A stretch of DNA of 64,000 nt from Candidatus Multivoradales bacterium. GTDB taxonomy: Bacteria > Acidobacteriota > Thermoanaerobaculia > Multivoradales > J023. The stretch is taken from the NCBI GenBank assembly GCA_965248925.1, contig CBDFLE010000005.1:544001-608000 (forward strand), given 5' to 3'. The number at the start of each line of letters is the position of its first letter. The first letter of the stretch is position 1. The notes beneath the pieces are model-generated. The model searched no databases. It saw nothing but the letters and a program-made list of their open reading frames with translations, and was not told where the DNA came from. Below are positions 50,501 to 58,856 of the stretch, in pieces. The position numbers and the translations under genes were made by a program.

Positions 50501-50726
50501 GCGCCTTGGTGGCCGCCTCATGGAGCTCGGCGGCGGCGCTCGGCCCGAGGGACTCCTGCTTGGTGTCGAGTTGCTCCGCGGCCTGCAGGTAGGTCAAGGG
50601 GTCGACCATCCAAAACAGCAGCAGGATCAGAACGACGGCGGTGAAGGGGCGCGCCCGCTGCCGCCAGACGGTCTCTAGCGGCGCACGAAGGGCAGGTGTG
50701 GCTCGGCATTCCAGGGGGCTCTGCAT
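47517..50726 (-). CDS. Large exported transglutaminase-like domain protein with hydrophobic multi-helix C-terminus
   Basis: Signal peptide; IFDFVRN, CNATDTASLLIALLRTSGIPARY, HTWVEAF, WVPLDPSFK; junction GSGAYLIASGLAGG followed by about 4 hydrophobic helices. Confidence 0.8.
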   Translation of the reverse strand: MQSPLECRATPALRAPLETVWRQRARPFTAVVLILLLFWMVDPLTYLQAAEQLDTKQESLGPSAAAELHEAATKARALIPALRSTRQADRLNSLGDGLGEHLKQISELILEVRGSLLQLGHHLRSAGLPQLIIDRQRAELSKFESRTALFGNLRAAVDKASRDARRQLRGGKAGGPAAAALGGELDRLEDYLSEMLDPPTLPPAFDPLKLPHRMSELEPVEPRLNAVEFTEMASTGAAQSPAGEATVQGLGAKASLPGPEDLAETIDVQFTPAITARASELGNDPIRIFDFVRNAISFVPTTGSIQGAGACLDSKLCNATDTASLLIALLRTSGIPARYASGTIEAPIDQIMSLAGGFSDPQAALTFMSSAGTPTVGLSDGVSLVSGRFEHTWVEAFLDYVPSRGAVAVAGDTWVPLDPSFKQLDVVPGIDLAAAAGFDSLDFLQQGFDTATIDPTNGALSDLDVGFVTTNLETVKNQILAFADSEGVPSTLRDLAGGTRIREQRLTLLPASLPYRVLVRAGSFAELPSSLRHQLRFEVTSSSFGFLPDLTFGASMPQLAGRKITLSYGPASDADRDTMLSFAPADDDAIEDFPSSLPAYLIRVHPELRIEGEVVATGAAVTLGESGNFRLVLSGPGRNTDVVNNAVTAGTYNAIVLNLGIPGDSDERRGAAQQVLDLIVAGNTSGLDKDDIMGEYLHAGGLTYWSQLAVFSNVLKGSRGIATARLPSEGIFTYALQTFFFFGTPNEVRSGSLATDVDTDLQAVVALDGDRAQAIGYLAQAGANASRQESEIWDLSISDTPTQDGISTMAYLDEAVRRNIPIFHITRDNLATALPQLSVSSLVRNEIVNSVNAGREVTIPQRQFELDGFSGVGLVVFDPATGSGAYLIASGLAGGGFRIPPIPGGSVTAAFLGMLLVAVGAFAALAGLGVLALIAGIAGIALAIYDAIDSYQGILEDNPGLGPAGRNAVGVVLAMAAIIVVTIGVFALFASGGTAIALLAVIGFYWAINALIMSSIAVLMGRIFGSLGMAPDTVWINLQRWLLRFLRPPEDERFDGFGSATNPWLQVWA

Positions 50727-51013
50727 AACTGCGGACTCTCCACGGTTGGGTTCTTGGCCTCAGCAAGTCGCTGCTTTGGAATGCCGGACTCGACGTCCAA
50801 CGTCAGCGGCGGCGACCGCTTCGGCTCGGAAGAGCAGAAGATTTGCCCAACCTTACTGGAAGTCGCGTCAAGAAATCTAGAGAAATATTTCAATAATCGG
50901 CTACGAGTATCTCTGGCCAGGCTACGCCGTGGATGAGGTCCGCGAGCGGCGCGCGAGCATCTACAGAGAGAGTCGGCGGAGAATCTTCGACGAGTTCAAC
51001 GTTCTCTGCTGCT

Positions 51014-51817
51014 TTAGACCGGATTGGCGATATCGACGAATTCGACTTCCAGCTTGAAACGCGCCGCCAAATGCTCGCCGAGGGCGCGGATGCCGAGGCG
51101 CTCGCTGGCGTAGTGGCCGGCGGCCAGGTAGTGGATGCGGGCTTCGCGGGCCAGGTTCATCACCCACTCTGTGGCTTCGCCGGTGATGAAGGCGTCGAGT
51201 CCAGCATCGATGGCTTCGTGCAAGCTATCCTGCGCTCCACCGCTGACAATACCGAGGCTGCTGATCTGCGCTGGGCCAGCGAGGAAAGCCAGGGGCTCTT
51301 GGGCGTACAGTCCAGCGGTCCGTCGACGAAGTTCTTGGGGCTCGATGGGGGTGGGGAAGCGGCCACTGAAGCCTACCGGTCGACCCTTGGCGAAGCCGAA
51401 GGGCTGTAGATTTTCGAGGCCCAAGGCGCGTGCTGCCAGCGCGTTGTTGCCCAATTCGGCGTGGGCGTCGAGGGGTAGGTGATAGGCGAAGAGATTGATC
51501 TCGCCGGCGATCAGCTCGCGCACCCGGCGGTATTGGATGCCGGTCAAGGCAGCTGGAGCGCCGTGCCAGAATATGCCATGGTGAACCAACACTGCATCAG
51601 CGCGCAACTCCCGAGCCCGCTGGAAGAGTTCTTGGCAGGAAGACACGGCGGTGACGATGCGGTAGATCCGTGGCCGACCTTCAACTTGTAGTCCATTGGC
51701 GCAGTAATCATCGTAAGGCCAGGCCAGGAGCTGGCTCAGGTGGTCTTCGAGCTGCTCGCGGGATACCCCCTGGGAGGTGCTCGGTGAGGGGCTATCCGGG
51801 GTTTCGCTGACTGTCAT
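51014..51817 (-). CDS. Nif3-like dinuclear metal centre protein (YbgI/GTP cyclohydrolase 1 type 2 homologue)
   Basis: DYCANGLQVEG, VHHGIFW, YHLPLDAH.ELGNN, FITGE, AGHYASE. Confidence 0.92.
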   Translation of the reverse strand: MTVSETPDSPSPSTSQGVSREQLEDHLSQLLAWPYDDYCANGLQVEGRPRIYRIVTAVSSCQELFQRARELRADAVLVHHGIFWHGAPAALTGIQYRRVRELIAGEINLFAYHLPLDAHAELGNNALAARALGLENLQPFGFAKGRPVGFSGRFPTPIEPQELRRRTAGLYAQEPLAFLAGPAQISSLGIVSGGAQDSLHEAIDAGLDAFITGEATEWVMNLAREARIHYLAAGHYASERLGIRALGEHLAARFKLEVEFVDIANPV

Positions 51818-51836
51818 CTGGCTACCTCTCCAAAGG

Positions 51837-52940
51837 CTAGGTCTGCCGTGGACCTAAGCTGTGATCCTGCTTCATCAGTCGTTGAACGTCAGCGAAAGCA
51901 GCTTGGTGGCTTAGGAAGCAGTCCACCACCACCGGATCGAAGTGTTTCCCGCGGTCGGCGCTGATCCGCCGAACCGCCTGCCCATGGCTGTAGGCTGGTT
52001 TGTAGGGCCGGGCGCTGGTGATCGCGTCGTAGGCGTCGGCTAGAGCCACAATCCGCGCCGCTAGCGGGATGTCTTCGCCAGCAATGCCGGCAGGGTAGCC
52101 ACCACCGTCCCAATGCTCGTGATGGCTGTAGGCGATCTCCATCGCCATGTTGAGAAAAGTGCGCCCGCTATAGCGCTGGAGCACTGAGCGCAAGGTGTCG
52201 CCGCCGATCTGCGTGTGGGTGTGCATCAGCAAGGTCTCTTCACTAGTCAGTGGACCGGGCTTGCGCAAGATGGCGTCGGGGATGCCTACTTTTCCGATGT
52301 CGTGCAATGGACTCGATTTGAACAGCCAGTTGACGAACAACTCATCGACCAGATGGGAATAAGGACCGTCCTTGAGACTCTGGGCCAGAATACGGCTGTA
52401 GGCGGCCATCCTCTCCAGATGAATACCGGTAGCGCTATCTCGCGACTCGGCCAGTTTGGCCAGGGTCAACAGGGCGATGTCGGTGGTGCGGCGGATCTCT
52501 TCGGTCTGCATCCGCACCATGTGCTCGAGATGCTCTTGGTAGTCGCGGTTTTCGTAAATCAGGTGACGACGCTCCAGCGCCCGATGCATGGTGTTGGATA
52601 AGTCATCGATGTCAAAGGGCTTTGGCAAGTAGTCGTAAGCGCCGCTGCGTAAAGCCTCGCGCACGGTGTCGAAGTCCTGATAGCCGGAGACCATCACCAC
52701 CTGAAGGTCCTCGTTAATGTGGCGCACTTGCTGCAGCAGCTCGAGTCCGGAACACCCTGGCATCTCGATATCTAGGATCAATATGGCGGGAGAATTGTCG
52801 CCACCAGCCAGCGCCAAAGCTTCTTGACCGTCGGCAGTGTGGCGGGCGGTGATGCCCAAGTGACCGAGTTGGGCGACTAGAACTTCGCGGAAAACCGCCT
52901 CATCGTCAACTACCAAGACCCAATCACTGTGGCTACCCAT
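51837..52940 (-). CDS. Response regulator with HD-GYP c-di-GMP phosphodiesterase domain (RpfG-like)
   Basis: REC LVVDDE, LDIEMPG, YLPKPF; ESRD..TG.HLER, LHDIGKVGIPD, HHEHWDGGGYP, ADAYDA, RPYK. Confidence 0.92.
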   Translation of the reverse strand: MGSHSDWVLVVDDEAVFREVLVAQLGHLGITARHTADGQEALALAGGDNSPAILILDIEMPGCSGLELLQQVRHINEDLQVVMVSGYQDFDTVREALRSGAYDYLPKPFDIDDLSNTMHRALERRHLIYENRDYQEHLEHMVRMQTEEIRRTTDIALLTLAKLAESRDSATGIHLERMAAYSRILAQSLKDGPYSHLVDELFVNWLFKSSPLHDIGKVGIPDAILRKPGPLTSEETLLMHTHTQIGGDTLRSVLQRYSGRTFLNMAMEIAYSHHEHWDGGGYPAGIAGEDIPLAARIVALADAYDAITSARPYKPAYSHGQAVRRISADRGKHFDPVVVDCFLSHQAAFADVQRLMKQDHSLGPRQT

Positions 52941-52990
52941 CGGTCCCTCGATTCGAAACGATCCACTTTTCAGACCGCGCAAGAATAACG

Positions 52991-53030
52991 AAAAAAGCTC
53001 CGGACGGCCCATTCTTCGCCGTCCGGAGCT
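52991..53030 (-). terminator. Rho-independent terminator after pnp
   Basis: 13-bp stem AGCTCCGGACGGC/GCCGTCCGGAGCT followed by a T-run on the minus strand. Confidence 0.85.
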
Positions 53031-53049
53031 ACAAGTATACAGCTAAGGT

Positions 53050-55308
53050 CTAGCGGTTGCCGCTATGCGGCGGTCTGCCGCCGCGCCCACCCCGTCCACC
53101 CCGTCCCCGAGGCGGCCTGCCGCCGCGCGGTCCACGACCCCGAGGCGGGCGTCCGCCACCGCCGCTGGGCTCCTCGTCGTCGCCCATCCGAGCGTGCTCG
53201 TCTTGGGCCGGATCGTAGTTCGGATCCTCGAGCAAGACAGCCTTGCGCGACAAGCGGATCTTGCGGCCATCGGAGTCGATTTCCAGCACTTTGACCTTGA
53301 CCGGGTCGCCCTCGCGGAGGATCGCCGAGACTTCGCGGACCCGGAAGGGAGCGAGTTCACTGACGTGCAGCAAGCCCTCGGTGCCGGGCAGAATCTCGAC
53401 GAAGGCGCCAAATGACTCGACCCGGGTCACCAGGCCGTCGTAGGTCTTGCCGACTTCGGGGACCTCGGTCAACTTCTCGATGATCTCGATCGCCCGCCGG
53501 GCGCTGGTGCCGTCCGGTGCCGCCACCGTGACCTTGCCATCGTTGGCAATCTCGACCTCGCAGCCGGTCTCTTCCTGGATCGAGCGGATGGTCTTGCCAC
53601 CAGGGCCGATGATGTCGCGAATCTTGTCGCGCTCGATCATCAGGTTGAACAGTCGTGGTGCACGCGGCGAGATCTCCTCGCGTGGTGCGGCGATCTCTGT
53701 CTCCATGATGTCGAGGATGTGGTTGCGGCCTGCTTTGGCCTGCTCCAGCGCCTGCCCCATGATCGCCCGATCGACACCGGCGATCTTAATGTCCATTTGC
53801 AAGGCGGTGATGCCGTCGCGGGTTCCGGCGACTTTGAAGTCCATGTCGCCGTGGGCATCTTCCTGGCCGGCGATGTCGCTCATCACGGCGAACTTATCGC
53901 CTCGCTTGATCAGACCCATGGCGATGCCGGCGACCGGCGCTAACATCGGCACGCCAACGTCGAATAAGGCCAACGAACCGCCGCAGACGGTAGCCATCGA
54001 CGAGGATCCGTTGGACTCCATGATGTCCGACACCACACGCACGGTGTAGGGGAAGTCGTCTTCGTGGGGCAGCACCGGATTTAGAGCCCGGCGAGCGAGC
54101 ACCCCGTGACCGATCTCACGGCGGCTGGGACCGCGCAAGAAGCGCACTTCGCCGACCGAGAAGGGAGGGAAATTGTAGTGCAGGAGGAACTTCTGCAGCG
54201 ACTCGCCATCGTAGCCTTCGATGATCTGGGCATCGCGACGAGTGCCGAGGGTGGTGGTGACCAGAGCTTGGGTTTCGCCGCGGGTAAAGAGCGCCGAGCC
54301 ATGCGTGCGGGGGAGCAAGCCGGTCTGCACCTCGATGTCGCGGACCTCGTCAAGGCGGCGCCCGTCGAAGCGCGTTTGACGCTCGAGTACGGCCTCGGCG
54401 AGCAGCTCTTCTTCGAGCTTCTTGAGCGCCTTCTTGATCTGGGTGCGCTTGTCCTCGTCCTCTTCCGGGACGTTCGCCAAGAATCCCTCGACGACTTTCT
54501 TGACCGCTGATTTACGCTCGAACTTGCCGCTGGTGTGCAAGGCGTCGCGAAGGTCGCCTAAGATCGCCGCCTTGAGCTCGTCGTAGGTCTCCTGGGTGTA
54601 GGCCACCGGGGTCTTCCAGAAGGGTTTCTGCAGGCCAGCCTGGCGGAAGAGTTCGTGCTGGGCGTGGATGACCTTCTGCAACTCCTGATGACCACGGAAG
54701 ATGCAATCTAGAATCAGGTCTTCAGGCAACTGATTGGCTCCGGCTTCGACCATCGCAATGGCTTCCTCGGTGCCGACCACGATCAGGTCGAGATCCGAGA
54801 CCTCGCGCTCGCTGTTGGTGGGGTTGAACACCACCTCGCCGTCAATCAGGCCCACCCGGACCGCGCCGACCGGGTTGTAGAATGGGATGTCCGAAAGCAC
54901 TAGCGCGGTCGACGAACCATTGATCGCCATGATGTCGGGATCATTCTCGCCATCGGCCGACAAGACCATCGAAATGATCTGCGTCTCACCGAAATAGCCT
55001 TCCGGAAAGAGCGGCCGCAGTGGGCGGTCGATCAGCCGGCAGGAGATAATTTCTTTCTCTGTCGGACGGCCCTCGCGCTTGAAGAAGCCACCGGGGATCC
55101 GGCCTGCTGCCGAAGCTCCCTCACGGTAGTCAACGGTCAGCGGCAGAAATGGGCGCGGCGCGGTCAGGTCGCCGGACATGCACGCGGTGGTCAGCACCAC
55201 GGTGTCGCCGCAGCGGACGATGCAGGAGCCGTTAGCTTGCTTGGCGATGTGCCCACTCTGCAGCACCATGCTGCTATTGCCGATGGCGATTTCTTTCTGA
55301 AGCCTCAT
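53050..55308 (-). CDS. pnp: Polyribonucleotide nucleotidyltransferase (PNPase)
   Basis: AGRIPGGFFKREGRP, HGSALFTRGETQ, RREIGHG, ESNGSSSMA, GDMDFKVAG; KH and S1 domains. Confidence 0.97.
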   Translation of the reverse strand: MRLQKEIAIGNSSMVLQSGHIAKQANGSCIVRCGDTVVLTTACMSGDLTAPRPFLPLTVDYREGASAAGRIPGGFFKREGRPTEKEIISCRLIDRPLRPLFPEGYFGETQIISMVLSADGENDPDIMAINGSSTALVLSDIPFYNPVGAVRVGLIDGEVVFNPTNSEREVSDLDLIVVGTEEAIAMVEAGANQLPEDLILDCIFRGHQELQKVIHAQHELFRQAGLQKPFWKTPVAYTQETYDELKAAILGDLRDALHTSGKFERKSAVKKVVEGFLANVPEEDEDKRTQIKKALKKLEEELLAEAVLERQTRFDGRRLDEVRDIEVQTGLLPRTHGSALFTRGETQALVTTTLGTRRDAQIIEGYDGESLQKFLLHYNFPPFSVGEVRFLRGPSRREIGHGVLARRALNPVLPHEDDFPYTVRVVSDIMESNGSSSMATVCGGSLALFDVGVPMLAPVAGIAMGLIKRGDKFAVMSDIAGQEDAHGDMDFKVAGTRDGITALQMDIKIAGVDRAIMGQALEQAKAGRNHILDIMETEIAAPREEISPRAPRLFNLMIERDKIRDIIGPGGKTIRSIQEETGCEVEIANDGKVTVAAPDGTSARRAIEIIEKLTEVPEVGKTYDGLVTRVESFGAFVEILPGTEGLLHVSELAPFRVREVSAILREGDPVKVKVLEIDSDGRKIRLSRKAVLLEDPNYDPAQDEHARMGDDEEPSGGGGRPPRGRGPRGGRPPRGRGGRGGRGGRPPHSGNR

Positions 55309-55576
55309 ATAAAAACCTTGTTCCTTTAGCGCTCACCTTTCGGGTGGCGGCTGGTAGCGATGTGGGTAGGCTAGCTTGCCGCTGGCCCTCAGCTGACTCA
55401 CGATTCGAAGGTCCGCAGAGCACTCTGAACCGGGCCCGTCAGGCCGCAACATCCATGTTCCGGCGCCGCTTTACGGGTGCGAGAATCCACACTCGGATTC
55501 CCCAGTAGCTGTTGGCCATTGAGGCGGCAATGCCTCCCTTGTGGTGCCCTCCATCGGGCCCACGGTTGGGCAGGAG

Positions 55577-55846
55577 CTATTTGCGCAGGCCCAGGCGCTC
55601 AAGAGTTGAGCGGTAGCGCGCGATGTCAATGCTCATCAGGTAGTCCAGCAGCCGGCGACGGCGGCCGACCAGCTTGAGCAAGCCACGGCGGCTGTGATGA
55701 TCGTGCTTGTGCACCTTGAAGTGCTCCGTAAGCTCGATAATGCGATGGGTGAGGAGGGCGATTTGCACCTCCGGTGATCCGGTGTCTCCATCGTGGACCC
55801 GAAAGTCCTCGATGATCTTCGACTTGACGTCGGTTGTCTGAGCCAA
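55577..55846 (-). CDS. rpsO: 30S ribosomal protein S15
   Basis: [35 protein letters not shown]; TTG start with AAGGAG RBS. Confidence 0.97.
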   Translation of the reverse strand: MAQTTDVKSKIIEDFRVHDGDTGSPEVQIALLTHRIIELTEHFKVHKHDHHSRRGLLKLVGRRRRLLDYLMSIDIARYRSTLERLGLRK

Positions 55847-55919
55847 GTTTCTGCTCCTTTGGCGCTTCACGGCCAGGGTTGCGGTTTGCGGTTAAAGTTT
55901 CTAAGTAGTTTGCTGATTT

Positions 55920-56831
55920 TTAGCGGTGGAAAACGACTTTCGGTTGCACGACGCCGACATTGCCTGAGCCGATGCGTTCGACCACCGAGCCGACGGCGAT
56001 CAGTTCGCTGCGCATGTTGACCAGTTTGATCCAGTCCCCCTCTTGGCGATCGAGTTCGCGCACTAAGACACTCTGCCCGTGCTGAATGCGGCGCTCCTGC
56101 TGGGCATCGGTGATCACTTCATCGAAAGGCAAGGAGATGTCGTCAAAGGGGACGAACGCCTCGCCGAACGACTGGTCCGCTTCGAGCCGCTGACCGAGGG
56201 TATCCAAGTCAATCGCCTCGGCAAGCTTGAAGACCCCGATCTGAGTCCGTTCTAGGCTACTCAAGCATCCTCCGCAACCAAGCTGCTGTCCCAACTCGTG
56301 GGCCATGCTGCGGGCATAGGTGCCAGAGGAGCAGGCCAGCTCAAAGCGTAGATCTTTACCAGCTTGCCAAGGCGGCTCAGAATTTAGCTCATAAATGGTG
56401 ACTTCTTTCTTGTCATCCGGCACCGGCTCGCCACGCCGCGCCAGCTCGTAGTACTTGACGCCGCCAATTTTCTTGGCACAGTAAGGGGGGGGCGTTTGTA
56501 GTTGAATACCGACGTACTCAGCCAATGCCGCCTCGACCTGCTCGGCGGTCAAATCCTCGGTGGACTGCTGGTGAGTTACCTCGCCTTGCAGATCGTAGGT
56601 GTCCGTCACGGTGCCAAAGCGCACCGTGCCTCGGTAGCGCTTGGGAGCCCGGATCAAAAAGCGGGTCAGCCGGGTGGCGCGCCCCAGAGTCAGCAGTAAG
56701 AGCCCGGTGGCATCTGGATCCAGGGTGCCACAGTGGCCTATTTTCTTTTGCCGCACCAGGCGCCGCGCCTGCACCACCACATCGTGCGAGGTACAACCCG
56801 ACGGTTTGTTGATCAGCAACAGTCCGTCCAT
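55920..56831 (-). CDS. truB: tRNA pseudouridine(55) synthase
   Basis: NKPSGCTSHDVV, GHCGTLDPDATGLL, CSSGTYARS. Confidence 0.96.
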   Translation of the reverse strand: MDGLLLINKPSGCTSHDVVVQARRLVRQKKIGHCGTLDPDATGLLLLTLGRATRLTRFLIRAPKRYRGTVRFGTVTDTYDLQGEVTHQQSTEDLTAEQVEAALAEYVGIQLQTPPPYCAKKIGGVKYYELARRGEPVPDDKKEVTIYELNSEPPWQAGKDLRFELACSSGTYARSMAHELGQQLGCGGCLSSLERTQIGVFKLAEAIDLDTLGQRLEADQSFGEAFVPFDDISLPFDEVITDAQQERRIQHGQSVLVRELDRQEGDWIKLVNMRSELIAVGSVVERIGSGNVGVVQPKVVFHR

Positions 56832-56833
56832 GA

Positions 56834-57862
56834 TCAGCTAGCTCCGTGCGAGTCTTGCTCGGTCGAGGACTCTCGGTTGGTGGCTTCTTCGAGACTAGAA
56901 CAGAGGCTCTTGAGGGTGTTGCGCAATAACTCGTCCCGGCTCATCTCAGAACTGAAACCGGCGGCATTGTGATGGCCACCGCCGCCATACTTGCGGGCTA
57001 TTTTCTCAACATCAGCGCCGCCCGCGCTGCGCAGCGAAGCTTTGAAGCCGCCGTCTTCAAGCTCGCGGAAAAGGGCCACTGCTTCGACTCCGGCAATCGC
57101 TCGCGGCGTATCCACCAAACCCTCGGTGTGAGCTTTGCTAGCGCCGCTGCGACGCATCATGTCCTGGGTCAGCCAGGCGGTGGCGACGCGGCCCTCGAAA
57201 TGCATTTCAAGGGTACCTAGCATTTCTCCCAAGAGGCGAATTGCCGGTTCGGGCTGGGACTCATAAAGCCACTGGGAAACGGTATCTGGCGAAGCGCCGG
57301 CGCGCACCAAGGCGGCGGCCGATTCGAAAGTCTCAGGAGTGGTGTTGGAGTAGCGAAACCCACCGGTGTCGGTCACCAGGGTCAGATAGAGGCAATTGGC
57401 GGTGTCGACATCCAGAGGAATGTTCAGCATCTGGGCGAGTCGGAAGACCATCTCGCCCACCGCGGGTGCGGCGGTGTCGACCCAATTGACCACCCCGTAG
57501 AGTTCGTTGCCGAGATGGTGATCGATATTGATCACCTCGATCTCAGCAAGTGCCTCTGCATGGCCGCAGCGCTGTGGGCTCGGACATTCGAGAACGATGG
57601 CCGCGCTGTAAAGCTCGGGGAAACCGACCGGCGGATCGGAGCCGACGTGAATGGAGGCCGAGCCGGCCAGCGGGGTGTAGATTTCGGGGGTGGTGTCCTG
57701 GTTCCAAATCGTCGAGCCTTTGCCCAGCCGGCGGAGCACCCGTGCCAAACCCAGCTCTGAGCCGATGGCGTCGCCGTCGGGGTTGACGTGACTGGTCAGC
57801 AGGAAGCGGTTGCCGTTGCGAATCTTGGCGAGCAGAGCTTCCGGAACTTTAGGAGAGGTCAT
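56834..57862 (-). CDS. nrnA: DHH-family bifunctional oligoribonuclease/pAp phosphatase
   Basis: HVNPDGDAIGS, NIDHH, TDTGGF, SLRS, GGGGHHNAAG. Confidence 0.92.
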   Translation of the reverse strand: MTSPKVPEALLAKIRNGNRFLLTSHVNPDGDAIGSELGLARVLRRLGKGSTIWNQDTTPEIYTPLAGSASIHVGSDPPVGFPELYSAAIVLECPSPQRCGHAEALAEIEVINIDHHLGNELYGVVNWVDTAAPAVGEMVFRLAQMLNIPLDVDTANCLYLTLVTDTGGFRYSNTTPETFESAAALVRAGASPDTVSQWLYESQPEPAIRLLGEMLGTLEMHFEGRVATAWLTQDMMRRSGASKAHTEGLVDTPRAIAGVEAVALFRELEDGGFKASLRSAGGADVEKIARKYGGGGHHNAAGFSSEMSRDELLRNTLKSLCSSLEEATNRESSTEQDSHGAS

Positions 57863-58196
57863 CTAAATCCTCCAGCAGATCACTGATGTTCTGACTATGC
57901 TCGGCACCGCGGTCGAGCACGAATTCGAGTTCGGGCACCCTGCGCAGTCGGACTCGCCGGGCGAGCCGGCTGCGCACAAAACCACTGGCCCGCTTGAGTG
58001 CTTCGACACTTTCCAGGCGGGCCGCTTCGTCGCCGAAGGCGGAAACCCGGATCTGGGCATGGCCAAGATCGCCGCTGACTAACACGCCGGATATGGTAGT
58101 CAGTTCCCCGACCCGTGGATCCTTGACGTCCTGGCGGATGATCTGGGCCAGGTTGGCGCGGATGAGGTCGCCGACACGATCAGTGCGCTGGCTCAA
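57849..58196 (-). CDS. rbfA: Ribosome-binding factor A
   Basis: RTDRVGDLI, KDPRV, SGDLGHA, LRRVPELEF; TTG start overlaps the DUF503 stop. Confidence 0.93.
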   Translation of the reverse strand: MSQRTDRVGDLIRANLAQIIRQDVKDPRVGELTTISGVLVSGDLGHAQIRVSAFGDEAARLESVEALKRASGFVRSRLARRVRLRRVPELEFVLDRGAEHSQNISDLLEDLDDLS

Positions 58197-58486
58197 CCCA
58201 TTTCCTCCAAGAGTTGGGGATCCCACCGCAACAAGACGGCTTCAGGCTCACTGTCGATCAACTCGCGGATGGAATCCATCATGCGCTGGTTCTCACCACC
58301 GTTCTGGGTTACCGCGGCGAGGGTGACCTCGGCGCGTTGACGCAAATCGTGAAAGTCGGTCTCGGCGATCGACACCCGGAAGCGCCGATGAATGCGCTCG
58401 ATCAGGCTCTTCAACACTCTGCGCTTTTGCTTCAAGCTGCGCGAGTGCGGCATTTGCAGTTCGAAGACCGATATTCCGATGACCAA
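58193..58486 (-). CDS. DUF503 (YlxP) family protein
   Basis: VIG...ELQMPHSRSLKQKRRVLKSL...RFRVSIAE...DLRQRA; usual position between infB and rbfA. Confidence 0.88.
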   Translation of the reverse strand: MVIGISVFELQMPHSRSLKQKRRVLKSLIERIHRRFRVSIAETDFHDLRQRAEVTLAAVTQNGGENQRMMDSIRELIDSEPEAVLLRWDPQLLEEMG

Positions 58487-58856
58487 ATCTTGCGTCCAGG
58501 TGCCGCCGCCCTTATGGACTCCCCACAGCGCCGGCGAGCCGGCAGCAGCTTCCCTGAAGAGTGAACGGCCGTGCTGCGAGAGCGTGGCGATCACTCTTGA
58601 AGGAGAGGGTCAGAGGCGGAGAACACTGTCATTCCGGCGGCGCTGATCGGCCGTCGTGCTCAGATCCGTGGTATCGACAACTGGCGATCACCGCGGGGAG
58701 CGACTTGTCGACGGGCCAGGGTCACCGCTCGCATTAGGCGATGGCGTCCACGAGCCCGGGCGTCGAGGTAGTTGTACTACAAAAAACGGTCAGAAGCCAG
58801 CGCCTTGTCGAATTCTCGTCCAACGCGGCGCTGGCTCGGTGACGAGCCGTGCCGGG

